The notes: generated from the sequence alone by a model not told the origin. Shown: positions 1 to 7,617, counted from the first letter of the stretch. The stretch: 25,378 nucleotides of DNA from Planctomycetota bacterium (GCA_027001995.1 JALTLO010000172.1:8293-33670), one strand, 5' to 3'. Made by a program: numbers and translations.

Positions 1-267
1 GTTGAGAAACCTTCCAAGCCCGCTACGAATATGGCGGTCACGGGAATCTATTTCTTTGATGCCGGTGTCTTTGACTTCATTAAAAAGTTGGAACCATCCG
101 CTCGGGGCGAATTAGAGATCACGGATGTCAACAATTTCTACATCAATGATGGTACTATGACTTGGGCTAAGCTCGATGGCTGGTGGACAGACGCTGGTAC
201 CTTTGAATCTTTACATCGCGCTTCGAACTTGGTGGCTGAGGGCGGTGCGAACCGTATGGATAAGTGA
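1..267 (+). CDS. rfbA: Glucose-1-phosphate thymidylyltransferase (RmlA/RfbA, SpsI-like), 3' part only; the gene starts upstream of the window
   Basis: Frame is open from base 1 ([20 protein letters not shown]...). It contains the RmlA motifs [20 protein letters not shown] and [10 protein letters not shown]. The TGA stop overlaps the GTG start of rfbD. Confidence 0.9.
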   Translation, partial: VEKPSKPATNMAVTGIYFFDAGVFDFIKKLEPSARGELEITDVNNFYINDGTMTWAKLDGWWTDAGTFESLHRASNLVAEGGANRMDK

Positions 268-1127
268 AGATTCTTGTCATCGGTGCGGACGGGATGCTCG
301 GCCAAGATGTTGTTCGCGAGTTCGCAGGCGATTGCGAAGTTGTTACTTCGACATTGGATGGCAAGGGTGCAGACCACAAACTAGACATCACTTCCGCATC
401 TGAGACGGAAGCGATTATCGTCGCTGTGGGTGCGGATTTGGTGGTAAATTGTGCCGCCTATACTGCCGTTGATAAATGCGAAGAGGAAAGAAATCTCGCA
501 TTTGAAATCAATGGGGTCGGGGCCGGACATATTGCCCAGGCTTGTGTGAAGGCCAAGAGTAAACTCTTTCACATCAGTACAGATTATGTCTTCGACGGCG
601 AAAAGGGCGAAGCCTACTTAGAAACCGACGAACCAGGCCCCCAATCAGTCTATGGCGAAAGCAAGCTGGCAGGGGAGCAAGCGGTGATGGCTGCTGGCGG
701 CGATTGGTATGTAGGGCGGATCCAGTGGCTCTATGGCGCTGGGGGACCCAACTTCGCTGAAACCATGATTTCTCTCTCAGAGAGAATGCCTCAACTGAAA
801 GTCGTTGACGACCAAGTCGGCTGCCCAACGTGGACTGTCGAAGTGGCAAAATGTATGCGGCGCATAGTAGAAAAAGGTTCCTTCGGTCTTTACCATATGA
901 CCGCCAAAGGGCAGACAACTTGGCATGGTTTTACCAAGGCTTTGATGAAAGCGATCGGTAAAGAAGGCTATGTTGTTGACCCTTGCACGACCGATGAGTT
1001 CCCGAGGCCTGCCCATCGCCCAAAGAATTCAGTCCTGAGAAACGCACACTTAGAGAATACCATAGGTGATGAGATGCTCCCCTGGGACGAAGTCATCAGC
1101 GCCTACTTGAGGAGCAGAAATCAATGA
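264..1127 (+). CDS. rfbD: dTDP-4-dehydrorhamnose reductase (RmlD)
   Basis: GADGMLG nucleotide-binding motif, [19 protein letters not shown], catalytic YGESK (YxxxK), [10 protein letters not shown] and the C-terminal FPRPAHRP motif. It lies between rmlA and rmlB. Confidence 0.95.
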   Translation: MKILVIGADGMLGQDVVREFAGDCEVVTSTLDGKGADHKLDITSASETEAIIVAVGADLVVNCAAYTAVDKCEEERNLAFEINGVGAGHIAQACVKAKSKLFHISTDYVFDGEKGEAYLETDEPGPQSVYGESKLAGEQAVMAAGGDWYVGRIQWLYGAGGPNFAETMISLSERMPQLKVVDDQVGCPTWTVEVAKCMRRIVEKGSFGLYHMTAKGQTTWHGFTKALMKAIGKEGYVVDPCTTDEFPRPAHRPKNSVLRNAHLENTIGDEMLPWDEVISAYLRSRNQ

Positions 1128-2143
1128 CGACTTGGTTAGTGACAGGTGGTGCCGGATTCATCGGAAGTAACTTCATTCATCTCTTGCGTCGTGAGCGGCC
1201 TGACGTTCGGATTGTGAACGTCGATGTTTTGACTTATGCGGGTAATCTGGAAAATCTCAAGGATGTTCCCGAAGGCGAAAAGTACCGTTTCGTCCGTTGT
1301 GATATTGCCGACAAGCAAGCCTTGGCTGATGCCATCGACGAAGAGGTCGACGCTGTTGTTCATTTTGCTGCGGAGAGTCATGTCGACCGTTCGATCGAGG
1401 ATGCTTCTGCTTTTCTGCGAACCAATGTCATTGGCACTCAGGTCATGATTGACTTGGCGCGCGCTTGGGACGTTGAGAAATTTGTTCATGTGTCTACGGA
1501 CGAAGTGTATGGCAGTTTGGGGGACGAGGGGCTGTTCACAGAAAGCACACCCATGAGTCCCAACAGTCCGTACTCAGCTAGCAAGGCCGCATCAGATCTT
1601 CTGGTTCGGGCGGCTGTCGAAACCCATCAATTCCCGGGTGTGATTACCCGTTGCTCCAATAACTATGGTCCCTATCAGTTTCCTGAGAAGCTGATCCCTT
1701 TGATGATCTCCAATGCCATGGAAGATAAGGCCCTGCCCATCTATGGCGACGGATCAAATGTTCGCGATTGGATTTGGGTCGACGATCATTGCATGGGTAT
1801 CTTGCTTGCCTTGGAAAAGGGAAAAAGTGGTCAAGTCTACAATCTAGGCGGCAAGAGCGAATTGACGAACATGGCCGTGGTGAAGGCTATTCTCAAGAGT
1901 GTCGACAAGCCTGAGTCTTTGATTACTTACGTCACCGACCGCAAAGGGCATGACAAACGATATGCCATCGATTGTAGCTTCTCCGAGAAGGAGCTTGGAT
2001 TCGACCGGACTCTCGATTTCGATGAGGGACTGAAAAAGACTGTGGCCTGGTATCTGGACAATGCTGATTGGTGGCAACGCATCAAGACCGGTGCCTACAT
2101 GGAATACTATGATCGTCACTATGGCAAGGACCTCTCCGAATGA
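1124..2143 (+). CDS. rfbB: dTDP-glucose 4,6-dehydratase (RmlB)
   Basis: VTGGAGFIGSNF, LTYAGN, HFAAESHVDRSI, HVSTDEVYG, PYSASK, CSNNYGPYQFPEKLIP and DRKGHDKRYA. ATGA overlap with rfbD. Confidence 0.97.
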   Translation: MTTWLVTGGAGFIGSNFIHLLRRERPDVRIVNVDVLTYAGNLENLKDVPEGEKYRFVRCDIADKQALADAIDEEVDAVVHFAAESHVDRSIEDASAFLRTNVIGTQVMIDLARAWDVEKFVHVSTDEVYGSLGDEGLFTESTPMSPNSPYSASKAASDLLVRAAVETHQFPGVITRCSNNYGPYQFPEKLIPLMISNAMEDKALPIYGDGSNVRDWIWVDDHCMGILLALEKGKSGQVYNLGGKSELTNMAVVKAILKSVDKPESLITYVTDRKGHDKRYAIDCSFSEKELGFDRTLDFDEGLKKTVAWYLDNADWWQRIKTGAYMEYYDRHYGKDLSE

Positions 2144-2883
2144 CCGAAGAGGTTGATGGACGACCACTCTTGTCTGTCGTCATGCCTGTCTACAATGAGG
2201 AAAGCACTCTCGATGAGATCTTGGATCGCGTCTTGGCAGTTCCCATTGACATGGAAATCATCATGATTGACGATGGCTCCTCTGATCGCTCCGTGGCGAT
2301 TGCCAAGGCTCGGGTGAACGATCGTATCCGTCACATCCAACATGAAGAAAACACCGGGAAGGCGGGGGCTTTGGCCACTGGGTTCAAGGCTGCTCGGGGA
2401 CGTATTGTCATCATTCAGGATGCTGATCTCGAGTATGACCCAGCGGAATATCCGCAGATCATCGCGCCTATCTTGGAAGATCGCGCCGATGTGGTTTTCG
2501 GTTCCCGTTTTCAAGGACATCAGGAGAAGGTCAATCTTTTCTTGCACTATGTGGCCAACCGCCTTCTCACCTTGCTTTCTAATGTTTGTACAAACTTAAA
2601 TCTCAGCGACATGGAGTGCTGCTACAAAGCTTTTCGTCGGGAGGTAATCCAAGCCATCACCATTGAGGCTGGGCGCTTTGCGGTGGAGCCGGAGCTTACT
2701 CAGAAGGTCGCGAAAATGAAGTTGCGCATTTCAGAGGTCCCCGTTTCCTACGACGGCCGCAACTACGACGAGGGCAAGAAGATTGGTTTCGTTGATGCAT
2801 TGGAAGCGGTGGTGGCCATCTTTCGTTTCAAGATGTTTTGGAAAGCCCCGCAGAAATTCCACTTGCCGAAGTGGCGCGAATAG
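2140..2883 (+). CDS. Glycosyltransferase family 2, DPM1/ArnC-like (probable polyprenol-phosphate glycosyltransferase)
   Basis: LSVVMPVYNE, IDDGSSD, NTGKAGA, IQDADLEYDP (DxD), VFGSRF, DMECCYKAF, and EVPVSYDGR..EGKKIG, typical of soluble DPM1-like GT2s. ATGA overlap with rfbB. Confidence 0.88.
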   Translation: MTEEVDGRPLLSVVMPVYNEESTLDEILDRVLAVPIDMEIIMIDDGSSDRSVAIAKARVNDRIRHIQHEENTGKAGALATGFKAARGRIVIIQDADLEYDPAEYPQIIAPILEDRADVVFGSRFQGHQEKVNLFLHYVANRLLTLLSNVCTNLNLSDMECCYKAFRREVIQAITIEAGRFAVEPELTQKVAKMKLRISEVPVSYDGRNYDEGKKIGFVDALEAVVAIFRFKMFWKAPQKFHLPKWRE

Positions 2884-2965
2884 GCGATCAGGCAGACTAC
2901 CGGTACGATCTATCCAAGCTGATCCTCGGTTTGGGGAATTTAATTCACAAAAAAAACTACTTTGC

Positions 2966-2994
2966 TTGGTGAAGTGACTCAAAGCTGGCAGAAT
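2966..2994 (+). promoter_or_regulatory. Candidate sigma70-type promoter for the wza operon
   Basis: TTGGTG (2966-2971), a 17-bp spacer, then CAGAAT (2989-2994) with an extended -10 TG at 2986-2987. An AT-rich tract with A8 (2949-2956) lies upstream where an UP element would sit. Both hexamers are imperfect. Confidence 0.3.
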
Positions 2995-3261
2995 CGCCCT
3001 GTGACGCCGTTTTATCTCTCACCCGCTTTCGTGGTCGGCGATGGTACTTGTTCTAAATAGAAAGTTGGCAAAACAACATTCTATGGAGAAAAAGATACCG
3101 TTTACGCCAACTTTTTGGCGTGAGGTGTATTTTCGGCCGACGAAAGTCGATAAAGCGAAAGAGGATAGGGTGTTTGGCCCATTTTGGGACTTACCCCCAC
3201 AGTTGAGATTCCGATTCTAACTCAGAAGCCGGAAGAAATTGCCCCTTTGCGGGAAGGTGAA

Positions 3262-4038
3262 ATGACGGAATTGCGCCAGATAACAGCATTGACGGCTCTC
3301 CTATTGTTGGTTTGTTGTTCCAATGGTCCTAATAGCGAGTATGCCGAATTCGGCAACCGAGTGAATACTTCGGGATTTGGGCACAAATATGCTCAGCCAG
3401 ATGACGCCACGGAGTTTGTCATTGGCCCTGGCGATTCCATCAATATCCAGCTCTCAAACAACCCAGCTCTCAGTGGCACCCAACAAATTCGTCCAGAGGG
3501 TGATATCACCATGCCATTTGTTGGCAACATCAAGGTGGCTGGCCTCACCCCAAGTCAAATACGGGACAAGATTGAGATTCTCATGAGCCCGTACATTCGG
3601 GAAGTGACCGCTCAAGTGATTCCGGTCAGCATTGTCAGCAAGAATATCTACATCATCGCCAAGGACCTCAACGGGGCTCTCCAATTCCAGTCTTTGGCCA
3701 TGGCCGGCGATATGACTCTCTTGGATATGTTCGCCCAAATTGGCGGTGTTCCTGTTCTGGCCGATGACTGCCACGTCAAAGTCATTCGGGGCGACCCACT
3801 GCATCCCAAGGTCTTGAATATTAACGTGCGGGACATGGTCGTGAATGGCTTCACTGCCGCCAACATTCAGATGAAACCAGATGACATGGTCTATTTGCCA
3901 CCAACATTTTGGGCTCGGGCAGCCATGGCTGTACGCGAAGTCACCAGTCCTGTGCGTGAGCTCTCCAATAGTCTGAATGGTGTTCTTGGTGCTGTCAGCA
4001 TCGCCCAAGGCAATCCCCGTCGACGTGGTAGGAGGTAA
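3262..4038 (+). CDS. wza: Polysaccharide export (OPX/Wza-like) lipoprotein, short form, 258 aa
   Basis: ATG at 3262 follows a GAAGGTG Shine-Dalgarno and is preferred over the TTG at 3184. It has a lipoprotein signal (MTELRQITALTALLLLVCC), the Poly_export motif IGPGDSINI...IRPEGDITMPFVGNIKVAGLTPSQI and an SLBB-like segment ending NIQMKPDDMVYLP. Confidence 0.88.
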   Translation: MTELRQITALTALLLLVCCSNGPNSEYAEFGNRVNTSGFGHKYAQPDDATEFVIGPGDSINIQLSNNPALSGTQQIRPEGDITMPFVGNIKVAGLTPSQIRDKIEILMSPYIREVTAQVIPVSIVSKNIYIIAKDLNGALQFQSLAMAGDMTLLDMFAQIGGVPVLADDCHVKVIRGDPLHPKVLNINVRDMVVNGFTAANIQMKPDDMVYLPPTFWARAAMAVREVTSPVRELSNSLNGVLGAVSIAQGNPRRRGRR

Positions 4039-4046
4039 TAGAACTG

Positions 4047-5705
4047 ATGTCAACAACAGAGATACAAACAGTTCTTCCACAACCTGTTGAACAGGATACT
4101 GGGCCGGGGATTGCAGAATACTTGGGTATTTTTCGTCGCCGTATCAAGCTGATCGTCATTCCCTTCTTCTTGTCCTTTGTTCTGTCGGCAGTGGTGGCCT
4201 ATGTCATCCCCGCAGAATTCACTCAGTCGACCAAATTCAAGATTTCAGATCCAGGTCTTACGCGAAAACTGACGTCTGGTGTTACGGGTGGCATCACCCA
4301 CAAACCCCTGCTTCGTACCATGAGTTCTGACATCAAGAATAGGCGTTTCTTAGGGCCTATTGTCGCCAAGGTTGGCCTCAACGAAGGATTCAATCTGAAT
4401 GACCCTCTAGAAGAAACCGATTTCTACGCCTATGTCTTCAAGAGTCTGAAGATCACCGTTCCGAATCAAAGGGAGCGCTTGGCTCCTGGACCTGATCTTG
4501 TGACGTTTACTTACACTGGGCGTAGTCAGGCCCGTAATGTTGAGTTCCTCAACGAGATTCGTGATTCCTATAAAGAACACTTCCGTCGCCAGTACCGCCG
4601 GACGATTCGTGGAATCTATGATCAGCAGCGAGCGGCCGTTCGTGATGCCCGAGATGCACTTGCCTTGATGGAAGCTGGGTACGAAGATTTTCGCAACAGC
4701 GAGGACTACCGCTTGGTGGGCATCAAGAAGGATCATCTCAAGCAGATGGCTGACCTTCGAGACCGGGAAAACACATTGCGCTTCAAGATCAATGGTATTC
4801 AGTCACAGCTTCAAGCCATCAAGATGCAGCTCCGTGACCAAAACCAAACTTCAAGCGTGCTAAACCAAGTAGCCAATCCTCAGCGTGCGATTCTCAAAGC
4901 TGCCATCGCCAATGAGCAGCAAATCTTGAATGACTGGGTGGTTGTCAAAGGTTGGACCGATCTCATTCCAGCAGTGGTGGCTCAGAAAGAGAAGATTGCC
5001 CAAATGCAAGAGCAGTATTTGGCACTTCCGGTCAACATCAACGGCGGTAGCGTGTTGCAAATCAATCAGGTCTACACCCAGCTCCAAGTGGATCGCAACA
5101 ATTTGCAACGGGAGCTCAACGGCGCCCGCGACATCTTGGGTCAAGTGACTCGACGTATCGAGACCCTTCAGGGAGAGCTGTCAAAAGAAATTGACCTGAC
5201 CAGAGCGGATGCCAAGTTCTTGGCTGACATCGCTAAGCTGAAGCACAAAGAGGCGATCATCTCCGGAAAATTCGACAAGGTTCAAGGGGAGTGGCGCAAT
5301 ATCCAAGGGGAGGGCAGTGATCTCTTCGAGACCCTCGATTTGCCCAATCCGAACACCAAGCCTGTGTTTCCGTCGATTCCACTTTTCCTGGCGATTGGTG
5401 CTGGTTTTGGTTTGATCCTGGGACTGGGATTAGCATTCCTCAAAGAGTTCTCCAGCCAGACTTACTTGACCCCGAATCAAGTCCAGAGCCGCCTGACTGT
5501 GCCCATCTTGGGTGAGGTGAGCGAGATCAAGACTCAAGAAGAGTTGGATGCGGAGCAGGGGCGAAAGAGGCGCAACTATGTGGTGGGTGGTGTGATTGTG
5601 GCAATCATTGCATTTGTGCACTATTGCTACTTTGAAGCTACCATGAGCCACCTATTGCCCCCCATTGTCATTGACGTTTTCGATATGTTGTACAAGGGAA
5701 GTTAG
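4047..5705 (+). CDS. Polysaccharide co-polymerase / chain-length determinant (Wzc N-terminal/GumC-like, no fused kinase domain)
   Basis: N-terminal YLGIFRRR followed by a TM helix and a long Gln/Leu-rich coiled-coil periplasmic region. Then the Pro-rich PNPNTKPVFP, TM2 (AIGAGFGLILGLGLAFLKE), the juxtamembrane segment LTVPILGEV and a third hydrophobic helix near the C-terminus. It lies directly after wza. Confidence 0.85.
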   Translation: MSTTEIQTVLPQPVEQDTGPGIAEYLGIFRRRIKLIVIPFFLSFVLSAVVAYVIPAEFTQSTKFKISDPGLTRKLTSGVTGGITHKPLLRTMSSDIKNRRFLGPIVAKVGLNEGFNLNDPLEETDFYAYVFKSLKITVPNQRERLAPGPDLVTFTYTGRSQARNVEFLNEIRDSYKEHFRRQYRRTIRGIYDQQRAAVRDARDALALMEAGYEDFRNSEDYRLVGIKKDHLKQMADLRDRENTLRFKINGIQSQLQAIKMQLRDQNQTSSVLNQVANPQRAILKAAIANEQQILNDWVVVKGWTDLIPAVVAQKEKIAQMQEQYLALPVNINGGSVLQINQVYTQLQVDRNNLQRELNGARDILGQVTRRIETLQGELSKEIDLTRADAKFLADIAKLKHKEAIISGKFDKVQGEWRNIQGEGSDLFETLDLPNPNTKPVFPSIPLFLAIGAGFGLILGLGLAFLKEFSSQTYLTPNQVQSRLTVPILGEVSEIKTQEELDAEQGRKRRNYVVGGVIVAIIAFVHYCYFEATMSHLLPPIVIDVFDMLYKGS

Positions 5706-5708
5706 AGC

Positions 5709-6611
5709 ATGTATGAGGATTTCCTCGGCTTTGACCGAGCCCCATTCAACAATACACCCGATACGAGCTTCTACTTTCCTAGTGAAAGGCATAATGAGGC
5801 TTTAGCTCAGCTGCTTTACACCGTCGAAGCCCGAAAGGGTTTTGCTGTCATCACGGGTGAAATCGGAGCCGGTAAGACAACATTGTGCAGACGCTTGCTT
5901 CGCCAACTCGATGAAGACGCATCAACAGCTTTGATTACCAATCCACGATTGACTGGAATCCAGTTGCTGTACAGCGTGGCGCGAGAGTTTGGTCTTGAGG
6001 TTGACCAACAAGTAAACCGGGTCGCTATCATTGACGCCATCTATGAGTATCTCATTGAGATGATGGCTCAAGATCGCAATGTCATCTTGGTCATTGACGA
6101 AGCCCAGAATTTGCCACTCAGCACACTTGAAGAAGTGCGTTTGATTTCGAATTTGGAAACAGAAACTGAGAAACTGATTCAAATTCTCTTGCTCGGTCAG
6201 CCTGAGTTGAAGCGGAAGCTTGAGCATCCAAGCCTTTTGCAGCTGCGGCAACGGATTGCCATGCGCTATCACTTGACTGCTCTCGATCAGGAAGAGATGC
6301 AAAATTACATCCATCATCGGATGAAAGTCGCGGGCCGTCATCATTCTGTCCGGTTTTCATCCCGGGCACTGTCAATGATCTATCGCTATTCGAATGGCGT
6401 TCCGCGCTTGGTCAATCTACTTTGTGACCGGGCATTGATCACGGCATTCACCATGGAAACGAACAAAATAGCGGCTCAAGTTATCTTAGCTGCGATTCGC
6501 GAAATTGAAGGACCTGACTGGACCTTCAAGAAGGTTGAGTCACAAGAAAAATCGTCGAAGGGTCGTAAATCGTTTTTGCGGCTACCGTTTTTCGCCAATA
6601 AGACCCGATAG
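5709..6611 (+). CDS. ExeA/GspA-family AAA ATPase (PEP-CTERM/XrtA-locus type), no peptidoglycan-binding domain
   Basis: MYEDFLGFDRAPFNNTPD N-terminus, Walker A GEIGAGKT, Walker B ILVIDEAQ, LEEVRLISNLET, LLGQPEL, QLRQRI and SNGVPRLVNLLCDRAL are ExeA-family signatures. It is only 300 aa. Confidence 0.92.
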   Translation: MYEDFLGFDRAPFNNTPDTSFYFPSERHNEALAQLLYTVEARKGFAVITGEIGAGKTTLCRRLLRQLDEDASTALITNPRLTGIQLLYSVAREFGLEVDQQVNRVAIIDAIYEYLIEMMAQDRNVILVIDEAQNLPLSTLEEVRLISNLETETEKLIQILLLGQPELKRKLEHPSLLQLRQRIAMRYHLTALDQEEMQNYIHHRMKVAGRHHSVRFSSRALSMIYRYSNGVPRLVNLLCDRALITAFTMETNKIAAQVILAAIREIEGPDWTFKKVESQEKSSKGRKSFLRLPFFANKTR

Positions 6612-6637
6612 TTGTCTTAGGCAAAGAGGATTGATTC

Positions 6638-7603
6638 ATGGGTCGGATACACGACGCGCTCAAGAAAGCTGAAGAAGAGCGCAAGAAAAAACGAGCGCAG
6701 AAAGGTCAAGGCGATTTCTCGTCTGCGGCTCCTTCTGTAGCCAATCTGCCCGAGGTCGAAGAAGCAGAGCCGGCGAAAACGACGAAGCGTCAACAGCCAG
6801 TGCATCCTCGGTCTCATCCGAATCCGAAACCGAAGCCAGTGGGGAAAACCGCAGTTTCTGAACCGGCTCGGCCCGCGAAGAAAAAGGGGATTGCCGCTGG
6901 TCTGCAGAAGGCTTCCTCGACACGCATTGGACCCCCTGAAGCACAATTTGGCGAGTTGCTCTTGGCTTGGCATGCACCTTCCGACGTACGGAGTGAACAG
7001 ATCCGGTCTCTGCGGACGAACATCCTCAACCTAAATCCTACTCCAAGAACCATGGCTTTCGTGAGCTCAGTTGGAGATGAAGGAGCGAACCTGGCAGCAG
7101 CAAACTTAGCCGTTTCTTTTGCCGAAGACCAAAGCAAGTCTGTTCTTCTGGTTGATGCCAATATCCGCAGCGGTGGTTTGGATGGATTCTTCGATGTGGC
7201 TCGAGATGCTCCTGGTTTCACTGATATTCTACGGGGCAAGCTTGATCCCAACCGAGCTGTTCTGGAATCGGGTGTGCCGAACCTTTTCTTAGTGAATGCG
7301 GGCAACGAGGTCAGCAATCCTGGAGGATTGCTTTCAGCTACAGAGTTGAAGAGAATCATTGCAGAGTGGTCAAAGCGATTTGATCGTGTCTTGATTGTCT
7401 TGCCTCCAGTTGGCGAAGCCAATGACGCTGCGGTGGTCGGAAGAGAGGTTGACGGAACGGTAATGGTTATCAAGCTCGGATCAACGCCCAGACGAGAGAC
7501 GGAGCACGCCTTAGATGCCTTGGCTCATTCTGGTGTGCGTGTTCTTGGTTGTGTCGTCACCAACGCTGGTGCGGTCAAAGATCCTTCTGAATCGAAGTCA
7601 TAA
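6638..7603 (+). CDS. CpsD/CapB-family bacterial tyrosine kinase homologue, predicted catalytically dead (pseudokinase)
   Basis: BY-kinase scaffold: EQIRSLRTNI, AANLAVSFA, VLLVDAN, PGFTDIL, PNLFLVNAG...NPGGLLS, VDGTVMVI, T.R and VLGCVV. Walker A reads GDEGAN (no Lys), Walker A' reads DAN and Walker B reads VLIVLPP (no Asp). There is no Tyr cluster. Confidence 0.85.
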   Translation: MGRIHDALKKAEEERKKKRAQKGQGDFSSAAPSVANLPEVEEAEPAKTTKRQQPVHPRSHPNPKPKPVGKTAVSEPARPAKKKGIAAGLQKASSTRIGPPEAQFGELLLAWHAPSDVRSEQIRSLRTNILNLNPTPRTMAFVSSVGDEGANLAAANLAVSFAEDQSKSVLLVDANIRSGGLDGFFDVARDAPGFTDILRGKLDPNRAVLESGVPNLFLVNAGNEVSNPGGLLSATELKRIIAEWSKRFDRVLIVLPPVGEANDAAVVGREVDGTVMVIKLGSTPRRETEHALDALAHSGVRVLGCVVTNAGAVKDPSESKS

Positions 7604-7617
7604 CGGCATTATCATTG

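Noticed and set aside
3121..3170. Possible c-di-GMP-I riboswitch (GGCAAA upstream, GAAA tetraloop, AAAGC)
   Set aside because: The elements are not in the required order and spacing, and the GACGCAAAGC core and P1/P3 pairing could not be built. It is kept only as an unassigned structured leader.
3184..3261. 26-codon N-terminal extension of wza from the TTG in the ORF track
   Set aside because: ATG 3262 has a Shine-Dalgarno and places the lipoprotein signal peptide at the N-terminus.
3454..4080. 208-aa minus-strand ORF
   Set aside because: Antisense shadow of wza, with no recognisable motifs.
5709..6611. Type II secretion system or transposon TniB/TnsC ATPase
   Set aside because: There are no gspC-M genes, transposase or terminal repeats nearby, and the context is polysaccharide export.
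6814..7473. 219-aa minus-strand ORF
   Set aside because: Antisense to the kinase homologue, with the low-information composition typical of shadow frames.
6638..7603. Calling the BY-kinase homologue a pseudogene or a normal active kinase
   Set aside because: The ORF is full length with structural motifs kept, so it is not evidently a pseudogene. All catalytic motifs and Tyr acceptors are absent, so it is not an active autokinase.
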